Below the pieces are notes generated by a model. It was not told the DNA's origin. It saw only the letters and a list, made by a program, of their open reading frames with translations, and searched no databases. The position numbers and the translations under genes are program-made. Shown here in pieces: positions 41,576 through 51,555 of a DNA stretch of 64,000 nucleotides (position 1 is the stretch's first letter; every line of letters begins with the position of its first letter). Origin of the DNA: Naegleria gruberi (taxonomy: Eukaryota); NCBI GenBank assembly GCA_000004985.1, contig GG738852.1, one strand, 5' to 3'.

Positions 41576-44500
41576 TTATTGATCTGGTTGTACATAATGC
41601 AAACTTGCAATAATGACACTTACGTTGTCACCACTATTTCTATTGAAAATAGAATGATTTACCAAGTTTTTGGCAATGATATTGAAATCTTTAACTCGAT
41701 GATGATAGTATTGTTTGTAAATATAATCAGCAACATCACTGTTGTTCATTACATCAAACAAACCATCACTAGCTATGACGATTAAGGTTGGTAAACTTGG
41801 AGTAACACTTGAAAACATTACATCCTTTCCATCTTTGTCATCCTTACGTTTTTCAACTACCTTTTTAGGTTTTTCCAAGTGAATCTTGTGCTTTACAACC
41901 TCAGGGAGAGCAACAACTGCTTGCTTTCTTAAATTAGTATTTTGAATTGGTTGAGTGAGACCAACATTGATTGCACCATTGGTACTTGTTGGATCTGGAT
42001 TATTCTTTGCATAATAATCTCCAAATGTTCTAGAAACAGCCAATCCACAAACACGATTATTTTCAACACGAGATCCAAACATTTCAATTCTTCTCTTTTC
42101 TTGTTCATAGGTTGGTTTATGATCACTGGAGAGAGGAATAATCTTTGACAAGTGAATCATAAAAGCACGACTATCACCAACGTTTGCGCAAGTTACATAG
42201 TATGTATTGGCTTCCTCCTCACTAGCAGTGATAAACACAGTGCAGCCTGTTGAACCAGCACATGCCATAATACCACTAGTTGTTCTTGGAGAAGGAACAC
42301 CCTTTTTAACAGAGAGATTGGTTCTATATTGGTCTATAACCTTTTCACGATATTGTTCATCAACCTTAATGAATGCATACTCAAGAAGATCTCTTCTGGA
42401 GAATATTGGCTCATGGATATTAAATACCAATGATTGATAATTTTCCAAGTGATAGATAAAGTTTTGATACAAATAGTCAGCACATTCAGCACCACCATGT
42501 CCATCAAATACACAAAGTACTGCAGCTTTTTGATTGTGGAAATTTTCAAATGACTTATTTACAAAATAAACACGATCTTCCATATAGTTTCTCTTTCCTC
42601 TTTCTTGAGCACAGCTGATAGCAAGTGGGAGTTGCTTCTTTTCAAAATCGAATATGGATTGTGATGGAGATTCTGTTGGATTTGCTGTGGTATTGTTATT
42701 GTTACCTGGAGTACTTCCTGGAGGAGGCATTGTATTTGGGGAAATGCCATGAGTCTTTTTCTTTGGTGTTACTTGAAGTGGGTCACGCCAAATAAAAGGA
42801 ATTACACTTGTAGAGGCATTTGATTCAGAATCTGATTGGGATTGTTGGACAGAGGTGACATGGTGATTAAGGAATTTAAAGATGGATTGTTCAGCTTGTC
42901 TATAATAGTCCATTTGGGATGGATGTTTGAGAAGATTGAGATCTTTGCAAAGGTCATTACATTGATGTTTGGAGAAGAATCTCTTCACTTCTGTATACTC
43001 GGAAAAGTTGTTGCTGTCGTTAGATTTTTTAGATTGAGGAGAACTTGGCTCGGTCAACTCGGTTGGTGATTTGATAGATTTCTTAGCTGAGGCACCTCCA
43101 CCATTATCAAATATTCTACAATCGAATTTTCCGAAAAGATAACTGCCATAACAGAACATTTCGTTTGCTTCAAAAACAAATGTTCCTTTAGATTCTAAAA
43201 AGATAAAATGGAAAAGAGATTCAGCAACAAAATTACTGGTATGTCTTGGAGGTAGGCAAGCCATCTTTTCACCATGTTTTTCATCAGTAGGATCGAGATA
43301 TGGATATTCTACAAAAGGATAGGCAATTAAGGTTACTTCTTCAACATCAGGGGATGGTGTTACAATACTTGGATTAGATACAGCACCAGTCTTTGGATCA
43401 TAATGTAATCTATATACATTGTAGAAAAGAGAAAAATTCTTTTGTACCTTAGAGTTATAAAGTTGTAAGTAATAGTTCAAATGTGTCAAAACATTGACTG
43501 GATCGTATTTTTGATGACGAGTGTTGATTCTTGTACCATGGAAAGTAAGTCCATTCATTGAAAGATCTTTGATAAAAACTGAATTAGGGAAGGAAGATGT
43601 CTTGGACGGTGTACCTGGTTGTTTTGTTTTAGAATCAGTACTCTTTTCAGTATTCTTACTCTTATCTCTATAATAGAGAACAATATCATGATAAAGTAAT
43701 GAGTTTGCATTTGAAGGATTGGTCATTCCTGAGCTACTGTTATTGGAAATGTAAGTCATTACTTCTGAAACATTGTACTTGTAAATGTAATGTGGGTCAT
43801 TACTAGTATTTTTCCAAAATGTATTATTCTTATTGGCTTCTGCTAATGAGGATGCAATTCCGCTATCTCTACTCTTACTTCTAGATAATCCAGATGGGAT
43901 GGAAGTGGAACTGGCCAATGTATTAATATTACTTCCACTGTTAGAGTGTGAAAGTGTTGGATTACTTGTGGAATGTGAAAGTGGTGTTCCATTTTGAATT
44001 TGTAAAGCACTTGGTAAATATCCAATTTGTTGAAGTGGACTTCCTTCATAGCAAGGAAAACATACAGCTTTGGATTTGTATTCTAAAAATCCTGAAGAGC
44101 TTGATGTTGAAGAAATGTTGTGAAGACTCATGGATGGTGAAATTGAAGGGATACTACTATCACTCTCAGAACCTCCATTTGATTCGCTTGTAATGGTTGA
44201 CAAATTACTATTTTCACTGGTGGATCGACTGATACGTTGCTCATCTTTAGCTTTTTTCTCTTGGTGAGCCATACATAAATGGTTTGTTAAAACACTAGGA
44301 ACATTTGAAAAGTTTGTAAAGGTAAATGCCAAATGTTTAGATTGATTATGTTGTTGAGAATTGCTTGGAGGTACTAGAGGGCTTGCATCAATTGTAGAAA
44401 TATTTGGAGTGGAGGTACTATTCGGAAGTGTCCCACTCGAAGAGGTTGGAATCAAAGGAGTTGAAGTACTTTTCACAATTGCAAATTGTGTAATATTATT

Positions 44501-44986
44501 TCCAGAAGTTGATGGAGGAAGGCTACTATTAACTTGATTTGATCCCGAATTTGTATTTGGGAAGGGTGATTGTGAGGAAGATGTAGTTGTTGGAGAAGCA
44601 GAAGAAATTGTCAATGATACTGGTTGATCCATCTTTAAACTACCTCTATTATTTGGAGTGGAAATAGTTCCCATAGAGGTTGTTGCAGTACCTCCAAAGC
44701 TTTTAGTTCTCGAGTGAAATATTGGCATTTTGTGCATAATCGTCTTGACCAAACCTTCAGATGATTGATTGGAACCTATTCCTTGACCTAATTGTATTGG
44801 AGGAGCTGTTGAGTTTGAAGAAGAAGAAGAAGGCGAAACAGATCCTTGGTTATTTCCCTTGTTCAAAATGATTGATGCCGTGCCTGACTTTAAAGAAGAA
44901 GTAATATTATTCATGTTTGGTGGAGGTGGCATTTTGAATTCTGAATTGTTATTTGATGATGTATTATTATTATTATTGTTACTCAT
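41576..44986 (-). CDS. Protein phosphatase 2C (PPM family) with a roughly 750-aa Ser/Thr/Asn-rich N-terminal extension
   Basis: 1136-aa single ORF with ATG at 44986 (MSNNNNNNTSSNNN). The C-terminal 330 aa carry PP2C motifs: RNYMEDRVYF, AAVLCVFDGHGGAECADY, GSTGCTVFI, GDSRAF, ASDGLFDVMNN. Confidence 0.8.
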   Translation of the reverse strand: MSNNNNNNTSSNNNSEFKMPPPPNMNNITSSLKSGTASIILNKGNNQGSVSPSSSSSNSTAPPIQLGQGIGSNQSSEGLVKTIMHKMPIFHSRTKSFGGTATTSMGTISTPNNRGSLKMDQPVSLTISSASPTTTSSSQSPFPNTNSGSNQVNSSLPPSTSGNNITQFAIVKSTSTPLIPTSSSGTLPNSTSTPNISTIDASPLVPPSNSQQHNQSKHLAFTFTNFSNVPSVLTNHLCMAHQEKKAKDEQRISRSTSENSNLSTITSESNGGSESDSSIPSISPSMSLHNISSTSSSSGFLEYKSKAVCFPCYEGSPLQQIGYLPSALQIQNGTPLSHSTSNPTLSHSNSGSNINTLASSTSIPSGLSRSKSRDSGIASSLAEANKNNTFWKNTSNDPHYIYKYNVSEVMTYISNNSSSGMTNPSNANSLLYHDIVLYYRDKSKNTEKSTDSKTKQPGTPSKTSSFPNSVFIKDLSMNGLTFHGTRINTRHQKYDPVNVLTHLNYYLQLYNSKVQKNFSLFYNVYRLHYDPKTGAVSNPSIVTPSPDVEEVTLIAYPFVEYPYLDPTDEKHGEKMACLPPRHTSNFVAESLFHFIFLESKGTFVFEANEMFCYGSYLFGKFDCRIFDNGGGASAKKSIKSPTELTEPSSPQSKKSNDSNNFSEYTEVKRFFSKHQCNDLCKDLNLLKHPSQMDYYRQAEQSIFKFLNHHVTSVQQSQSDSESNASTSVIPFIWRDPLQVTPKKKTHGISPNTMPPPGSTPGNNNNTTANPTESPSQSIFDFEKKQLPLAISCAQERGKRNYMEDRVYFVNKSFENFHNQKAAVLCVFDGHGGAECADYLYQNFIYHLENYQSLVFNIHEPIFSRRDLLEYAFIKVDEQYREKVIDQYRTNLSVKKGVPSPRTTSGIMACAGSTGCTVFITASEEEANTYYVTCANVGDSRAFMIHLSKIIPLSSDHKPTYEQEKRRIEMFGSRVENNRVCGLAVSRTFGDYYAKNNPDPTSTNGAINVGLTQPIQNTNLRKQAVVALPEVVKHKIHLEKPKKVVEKRKDDKDGKDVMFSSVTPSLPTLIVIASDGLFDVMNNSDVADYIYKQYYHHRVKDFNIIAKNLVNHSIFNRNSGDNVSVIIASLHYVQPDQ

Positions 44987-45649
44987 GATGATACTATAAA
45001 ATTATTATTCTTTGTTGATGATGTATTTTCTTTGAAGTGTAATAGAAGCTTATGTGCTCTTTGGGATAATGAATATTTGTAAAAATAGCAAATATCTTAT
45101 TTCCGTACTTGTTAATTACAGAATATGATGATTACTCTAAAAACTCGGTAAATTGGTCTTCGATGATTAAATCATTCAATGTAAAAAGACCTGTAGGAAA
45201 GGTCCAGAAATGTACAAGTGTTTGGTGTTGGTGATTTTTTAAAAAAGAAAACTCCAACGGTAGAGTTTGCTGTATTTTTTATTCGAGTTGGATCTTTTAT
45301 GGTAGACGCACCTTATTTATTTTATTGAGAAAGCTGCATAATCTGTCTGTTGAGAGTATTGATTGATCTTTCAGAGTATTGATTATTGAGTGACGTATTG
45401 CATGAAAATCAGCAATGTAGATTGAACCTCTCATATCATCCTAAGAATACTCCCTAGTTAATGATTGAATAGGTTTGGAAATCGCAAAAGAACTGTATAA
45501 TACTATTATTACCCAAACATTATCTATTATGGTCGAATGATACTTAGGGAGAGTCAATGGTTTACTTTAAAATATCTATTAGCAAGATATTTTCTCTGAA
45601 CTGTCACTTGAAAGATATTCTGTTCATTCCTTGCCTTATTCTCAAAAAA

Positions 45650-46310
45650 ATGAAACCAAAGGATGAAATTAAGGCTGTTTTTGTTGGTAAGTTAATTTCC
45701 TGATCATGCTCTTGTGGCTAAAGGGAGGTTGATATTAGGTGATACTGTGAGTGGTAAAACATCACTCTTAATTGCATTGATGGGAGGAGTCATTTCCGAT
45801 AGCTATGTTACACCATTATTGGATCCTTTCGATTCTGTGGTTAACAATTTCACCCTTAGAGGCATGGGGGAAGGAAATGGATTACCAAAAGAAAACCTGC
45901 ATGTTAAATATATTGATACGAGAGGATCAGTAGATTATGATCCAATTAGATATCTCATCTATCCAGAGACCAATCTATTTGTTATTTGCTGCAGTCTTGC
46001 CAATGATGAGCCACTAAAAAGTGTTATAACTAGGTGGCTTCCTGTTATTAAAGACAAGTACAAAATGATTCCATTTGCCTCATTCTTGGTTGTTGGTACA
46101 AAGTCTGAAACCACATCCATTCCTAAAGGTTCTTTTATTACATCAGCAAACTCAATGTTCAAGAATGTTCCAGGATATGCAGGTGCAGTAGAAGTTTCAG
46201 CCATGGACCAAACGGGAATTAAAGAACTCCAACAAAAAATTATTGTTGTTGGAGCTGAAAATTTGAGAAAAAAGAATAAGGACTCGGAGGGATGTTGTAC
46301 AATTCAATAA
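45650..46310 (+). CDS. Atypical (Rnd-like) Rho-family small GTPase with farnesyl-type CaaX box; 2 exons
   Basis: Exon 1 (45650-45686) encodes MKPKDEIKAVFV. The 52-nt intron (45687-45738) has a GTAAGT donor and TTAG acceptor. Exon 2 (45739-46310) encodes GGDTVSGKTSLLIAL...YVTPLLDPFDSV...YIDTRGSVDYDPIRYLIYPETNLFVICCS...TRWLPVI...FLVVGTKSE...EVSAMDQT...GCCTIQ*. The alignment to Rho runs through switch I, DTAGQE, the Rho insert region, NKxD and SAK. In the P-loop (GDTVSGKT against Rho GDGACGKT), Thr replaces the Gly12-equivalent. In switch II (DTRGS against DTAGQ), Ser replaces the catalytic Gln. NKxD reads TKSE. The C-terminus CTIQ is a CaaX box with X=Gln. Confidence 0.7.
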
Positions 46311-46360
46311 ATATTCTTTTCATGATCTATTTTCTCAAATTGTGATTCATTTTTGTTTCA

Positions 46361-48739
46361 TCACTCCTCTATCCTATTCATTATGTTTCTGATTCTTTCA
46401 AAGTGATGCTGCTTTCTAAGCTTTAGAATATCAATAGTTTCACCCTTTTCATTCTTGTTATTGTCCTTAATTTCCATATTGAGTAGTTCCCTTTCATTTT
46501 TCAAATAATCTTCAATGGCAGCAATGACCTCTTCATAGCTTAACATTTTTTCATTATGTAATTTTCTCTTTCCAAAGGCGTGAAACGTAAGGAACTGAGC
46601 AAATTTTTTGGTGTCAATCTCTGAAAGCATAAAAGATGTGGCAATTAATGATGACCTGTCATTTGATTTGGTATGGATTGTAAATGGTCTATATTGATTT
46701 TCGATAGGATTATCCAATATATCTTCGCCTGTTCCATTCAATATTTCCATTGAATCTCCATTGGTAGGTAAGGAAGGCTCGACGGTACCTGTTGGTGGTG
46801 CTACTTGGAGAATACTGGAGGTTGTTTCTTCCTTTTTAGAGGATTTGACTTGTTCAAGCATACATTTGACTATCCTTTCAACTTGTTGTTCCTGATCCAA
46901 ACGATTTCCAATAGATTGCCCATGCTTGTAGACATATTGTAATTGCTGTTCTACAGTTTCAATAAATATTCCATCTGGTTCATTTCGAGTTTGGAGAGGC
47001 ATTTCAGTAAATTCGCTAGAAGATCCATGCCAATGAACGATAGGAGTTTCCAGAGATCTGATGTTGATTCCAGAATATTGATTGGAAAAGAACCTTCTTC
47101 GATGATCTTTGGAAGGCTCTGCCCTATCATATTGACTTGTCACAGTTCCATACTTGGAGGAATACTTGTTAATGGCTGTTTCTCTCTCTTTAAAATAGTA
47201 ATACTCATTATTTCCAATAATGGGTGTCTTCAAATAAGAGTTTCCTTTTCCACTGTAGCTTCTTGTTAAAATGCATTGATTTTGTTGGGAGGCATCAACC
47301 TCAATAGCATCCAATGGAATGTCATCATTTACCTCCTCGTAATTGATCTGTGGTCTCCTTCTTCTTGTTTTTGTGGAGGAGGCTTCATCTGTTGAGGAGG
47401 AGGATGAAGAGCGTGTAGATTTCCTCTTCTTGCTTGATTTACCTGTTCCTCTTTCGCTGTTATAATTGCTAATGATTTCAGATCGTTTGAGTTTTTTCAG
47501 TTTAACCTTCTTTGTATCTGCATCTTTGTGTATTGGAATTGTTGGTTGGTTTGAGAGTCTCACTAATCTGAATTTATAGACATAGGCACCGTTCTTTCCA
47601 TTGGGGAGAATTTGGCGTTCTTTCCAATAGTTGGTAACCCAATACAGTCCATCATATCTATATCCGCTTATTGGTGCATACTTTTCCTGCAATTGAAATC
47701 CTCTAACAACTCTTACTGGAGTTTTAGAGGTCATATTGATTGTTAAACTTTTGTTCACACTGTTAAGTGTTTGATCAGATGTTTCTGACCCACCCTGTCC
47801 TGTATAAATCATAATGTCTCCCATATCCTCATCACCATATCCACCCATAGAGGATGCAACAATTGATTCGGCAGCCTCTCCATTGTTACCATTTCCGAAA
47901 ATACCACACTGTGGTGGACGATGGGTCTTTGACTTGGAACATTGAATACGTTTTTCATATGTAGTGAAAACAGGTTCGACATGTCCATAAAGTTTTCCTG
48001 AATCATCTGGACTTTCATTGATATGAGTCCATTTAGTAGCATCTCCAATTGATTTCTTGTCTAGATCTGTAATATAATTTGCTCTCTTGTTTTTTTCGTC
48101 TTCATCAAGATCTGAATAGTTTACATCTTCTTCCTCCTCTTCTTCATCATCTTCCTGTTCTTCCATTGGAGTTGTGACTTGTGACTCTTCACTTGGTTCG
48201 AAAGAGAAGGTTACAGTTTTTGCAATTGGGCTAAAATGTGAATCACTTGTTTGATGAGAATTGGTTGACGAAATTGGAGAGAGGGGAGGAACTACCACTT
48301 CAACAGTTTGAGTACTAGGTTTTGAATCTCGAATAATTAATGGCCTTTCTAATGTAAGTGGTTTTTGAGGTGTCGTAGATTGCTTATTCTTCCTTCTGAC
48401 AGATCTTGTCCTTTTAGGTGGCTCATTAAAAGCCTCCTCAAGTGTTAAAAATTCATCCAGATCGTTCTCATCAGTTGGAATAAACCCTGTTGACGGATTC
48501 TGCTGAGCAGTCATGTTGAAAAGTGTTAAATTCGAAATTCCACTATTCTGAGGGGGAAGATCCTCTTCCGACAAATCACTCAAAGTAGTGGGAGATTCAA
48601 AAGAGTTATTCATTGATTTTCCAATATCCATAAAATGTGACGATGAGTCTTCATCATCGGGAAAGGGTGATTGATCACCTACGTCAATATAAATCGGCTG
48701 ATTTTCCAATTTTTCAAATAATGTTCTTTGTATCCGCAT
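46361..48739 (-). CDS. SRA/YDG-domain (methyl-cytosine-binding type) protein with long acidic/basic low-complexity flanks
   Basis: 792-aa single ORF with ATG at 48739. The central block reads PPQCGIFGNGNNGEAAESIVASSMGGYGDEDMGDIMIYTGQGGSETSDQTLNSVNKSLTINMTSKTPVRVVRGFQLQEKYAPISGYRYDGLYWVTNYWKERQILPNGKNGAYVYKFRLVRL. This fits the SRA-YDG consensus (GI.G......A.SIV.SGGY.DD.D.GD...YTG.GG...Q.L...N.AL......PVRV.RG...Y.YDGLY.V...W), including the YDG motif. An acidic stretch (EEQEDDEEEEEED) and a basic stretch (KKRKSTRSSSSSS...TRRRRP) flank it. Confidence 0.65.
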   Translation of the reverse strand: MRIQRTLFEKLENQPIYIDVGDQSPFPDDEDSSSHFMDIGKSMNNSFESPTTLSDLSEEDLPPQNSGISNLTLFNMTAQQNPSTGFIPTDENDLDEFLTLEEAFNEPPKRTRSVRRKNKQSTTPQKPLTLERPLIIRDSKPSTQTVEVVVPPLSPISSTNSHQTSDSHFSPIAKTVTFSFEPSEESQVTTPMEEQEDDEEEEEEDVNYSDLDEDEKNKRANYITDLDKKSIGDATKWTHINESPDDSGKLYGHVEPVFTTYEKRIQCSKSKTHRPPQCGIFGNGNNGEAAESIVASSMGGYGDEDMGDIMIYTGQGGSETSDQTLNSVNKSLTINMTSKTPVRVVRGFQLQEKYAPISGYRYDGLYWVTNYWKERQILPNGKNGAYVYKFRLVRLSNQPTIPIHKDADTKKVKLKKLKRSEIISNYNSERGTGKSSKKRKSTRSSSSSSTDEASSTKTRRRRPQINYEEVNDDIPLDAIEVDASQQNQCILTRSYSGKGNSYLKTPIIGNNEYYYFKERETAINKYSSKYGTVTSQYDRAEPSKDHRRRFFSNQYSGINIRSLETPIVHWHGSSSEFTEMPLQTRNEPDGIFIETVEQQLQYVYKHGQSIGNRLDQEQQVERIVKCMLEQVKSSKKEETTSSILQVAPPTGTVEPSLPTNGDSMEILNGTGEDILDNPIENQYRPFTIHTKSNDRSSLIATSFMLSEIDTKKFAQFLTFHAFGKRKLHNEKMLSYEEVIAAIEDYLKNERELLNMEIKDNNKNEKGETIDILKLRKQHHFERIRNIMNRIEE

Positions 48740-49004
48740 TTCTATTAATTTAATTTATGTTTTAATTATCTAATGATGGGTTTTACATGAAAATCTTCGC
48801 TACTATGTTGTGTTTCTGCCTTTTCAGAAAAGGAAGAAACGTTCTGTTGGATTCTTTTTATTTTTTTTTAATTAAAAATTTTGAGCAATTGTTGATGGCA
48901 CTATTAATCTTCTTTCCTAGCTTTAAAAGAACATTGTAATTTAACTGCAATTGTATTAATATTATTAAAATTTCCATCACAATATTAATTCTATTTATAA
49001 AAAA

Positions 49005-50453
49005 ATGCCATTGTTTGAATTCCACGATTTGCGTCAATTGCAAAAGGATGATGATGTAAGAACAGAATCCTCTCGAGAGCAAGCCAGTACTGAAGGAACC
49101 TTGAACAAATTCTATAATCCATACATTCAGAAACAAGCATTATTCTTTGATTCATTGGTTTTATTTATTGAAGAACATACAAAATTTGCTAAAAAAGGTC
49201 TCCGAACCCTTCCATCATATTTTGATTCATTGGATGCTAGTAGACCATGGTTTTGCTTTTGGTGTTGCAATGCATTGAGCATGCTCCCTAACTTGGGAAG
49301 TGATAATGTATTGTATCCTTCTCAATTGGATCTAATCAAGAGAGATGATCCAACACTTGTATCGGATTTTAGTAATTTTCTTGGAAATTTCTGTCAAGAC
49401 AAGGAAAAGGGTGGAATTGCAGGAGGTCCAGGACAATTATCACACGTTGCACCTACATTTTCTGGTACTATTGCATTGTGTGCTTTGAAAGCAAACCAAG
49501 GATTGGATTTAATTGACAAGCAAAAAATGTATTCTTTTTTATATAGTTTGAAAGATCCTGTCTCTAAAGGATTTAGAATGCATGTGGATGGTGAAGTTGA
49601 TACAAGAGGATGTTTTTGTGCATTAATTGTTGCTACTGTTTTGAATATTATGGATGATAAATTGACAGAAGGTGTAGCAGAATATATTGTCAATTGTCAA
49701 ACTTATGAAGGAGGTATTGGAGCTTATCCAGGAGTTGAAGCACACGGTGGATACACTTATTGTGGATTGGCAGCTATGATGTTCATGAAGAAAGCTCACC
49801 TTCTCGATTTAGATTCATTAACACACTGGCTTGCCAGAAGACAAATGTCATATGAAGGAGGATTCCAAGGAAGAACAAACAAGCTGGTAGATGCTTGTTA
49901 TTCGTTTTGGGTTGGTGCCTCTTTCCCTCTCTTAGAAGCTGCTTTAGTTTCCCTTAAGGATCCAAAAGACAGAACTGAATTAGATCAACAAATTCTCGAT
50001 TATCTTCAATGGCAACCTCCAACTTTGGACTCGGAAACCAGAATCAAATATACACCAAAGACATTCAGTTTGAAGGACACTTTGAAAAAAATCAAAACCC
50101 ACCACAATTCTGAGGAGTATTGCCAAATTGAGGAAATGGAGGCAACAGAACCATATTTGGATTTGCAAGATTCAGAATGGATGTTCAATCAAACAGCCTT
50201 ACAGGAATATCTTCTCTTGTGTTGCCAACAAGAGTCAGGAGGTCTTCGTGACAAACCAGTCAAACAACCAGACTTTTATCACACTTGTTACGCCTTGTTT
50301 GGTTTATCAATTTCTCAACACAATCCAAGTGGTTCTCTGGCTGTTTTGGGCGATTGCAAAAATCTTCTCAGACAAATCAATCCTCTCTTCCAAATGTGTA
50401 CAGATAGTGTTTCAAATGTTTTGAATTATTATGGAGGTAGAACGAGTGTGTAA
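49005..50453 (+). CDS. Protein prenyltransferase beta subunit (CaaX farnesyltransferase-beta / GGTase-I-beta type)
   Basis: 482-aa single ORF. It contains prenyltransferase alpha-alpha toroid repeats (GGIAGGPGQLSHVAPTFSGTIAL; GGIGAYPGVEAHGGYTYCGLAAM; GGFQGRTNKLVDACYSFWVGASF; GGLRDKPVKQPDFYHTCYALFGLS). The zinc-ligand context D-x-C-Y is present. Whether it is FTase-beta or GGTase-I-beta cannot be decided by eye. Confidence 0.7.
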   Translation: MPLFEFHDLRQLQKDDDVRTESSREQASTEGTLNKFYNPYIQKQALFFDSLVLFIEEHTKFAKKGLRTLPSYFDSLDASRPWFCFWCCNALSMLPNLGSDNVLYPSQLDLIKRDDPTLVSDFSNFLGNFCQDKEKGGIAGGPGQLSHVAPTFSGTIALCALKANQGLDLIDKQKMYSFLYSLKDPVSKGFRMHVDGEVDTRGCFCALIVATVLNIMDDKLTEGVAEYIVNCQTYEGGIGAYPGVEAHGGYTYCGLAAMMFMKKAHLLDLDSLTHWLARRQMSYEGGFQGRTNKLVDACYSFWVGASFPLLEAALVSLKDPKDRTELDQQILDYLQWQPPTLDSETRIKYTPKTFSLKDTLKKIKTHHNSEEYCQIEEMEATEPYLDLQDSEWMFNQTALQEYLLLCCQQESGGLRDKPVKQPDFYHTCYALFGLSISQHNPSGSLAVLGDCKNLLRQINPLFQMCTDSVSNVLNYYGGRTSV

Positions 50454-50575
50454 ACTCAATATGAAAGCAAATCTTATTCCCGCCAAAATTAAATAACAGC
50501 AATAAAATAAATTTAAAAAAAATAGAGCAGTTGTTGTACCAACTATTTTTCTAACATCACAACGATTATTTCTTC

Positions 50576-51343
50576 ATGATGAATAGTAGCTTTAGCACAA
50601 CCAGCAACCCTGCAATGGAAGAGGTTGAAAAAATGTTTCAGGAAGTAATCGAAATTCACGATCGGGTTGCTCAAAAAACAAACCAATTCGAACAAAACTT
50701 TAAAGGTTTCATTAATAGTCAAATTAACGACAATAATAAGAAAAGACACGATTTTGAACAAAATTGTCAAAATTTTCAATCAGAATTTCAATCACTCACT
50801 ACCCGTGTAGAGAGAGGAATTAATGAAAGACAACATGTGGAAGAAATTAGAAAAAGATACTGTGAGGATGAAGGTGAGCTGGATCAAAGAATAACCGATA
50901 TGAAAGTCAGAGCCGACGAACAACCTAAAATTATTGAAGAATCCAAGCAAAAATTGCTACAACTCAAATCAGAACATGAAGAAAAATCCAACATGCTCAA
51001 TAGAGTTGAATCGGATTTTGTTGACCATGCCACAAAGAAATTTATTGAAAAAGAAAAGTATAGAACTCTTCTTGGAATGACATTCGAAGCAAGACAAGAT
51101 GGTGACATTGCTTACCTTTTAATTTCCTTCTCCATTCAAAATATGCAAGCTTTAGGGTTGACCAGTTGTCAAATTGCTTTGAGAATTGATGGAGGACTAT
51201 ATTCTGTAGCAGGATGTCAACCAGCAATTCAATATGATGATTTAATTGCTTCACTCAATGACAATAAGAACTTTGGATCGTTCATTATCTTGGTCAGAAA
51301 TCGTTTCAAGAACCTTATCAACCAACACAAACCAAGAAAATAG
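50576..51343 (+). CDS. SPC25: Kinetochore protein Spc25-like (N-terminal coiled coil plus C-terminal RWD-like domain)
   Basis: 255 aa. The N-terminal 170 aa have heptad character. The C-terminal GMTFEARQDGDIAYLLISFSIQ...YSVAGCQPAIQYDDLIASLNDNKNFGSFIILVRNRFKNL resembles the Spc25 C-terminal domain (..NNFSAFLANVRKAF..). Confidence 0.45.
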   Translation: MMNSSFSTTSNPAMEEVEKMFQEVIEIHDRVAQKTNQFEQNFKGFINSQINDNNKKRHDFEQNCQNFQSEFQSLTTRVERGINERQHVEEIRKRYCEDEGELDQRITDMKVRADEQPKIIEESKQKLLQLKSEHEEKSNMLNRVESDFVDHATKKFIEKEKYRTLLGMTFEARQDGDIAYLLISFSIQNMQALGLTSCQIALRIDGGLYSVAGCQPAIQYDDLIASLNDNKNFGSFIILVRNRFKNLINQHKPRK

Positions 51344-51555
51344 TAGTACCAATTATTTAGTGAAATATCGATAGAAATTTAATGCTCTACAGCTTCATCG
51401 TAATATGTTTGAAAATGATTTTCAAAATCAGAATAATAAATTGACAGCAGAAGCACCTTACTTGAGAAATAATTCTTTTTCAACTTTTACCGCTATGAAT
51501 ATATGCAAGCATAAAAATGTTGTTGTAATCTCGCAAAAAAATATCCCCATCAAAA

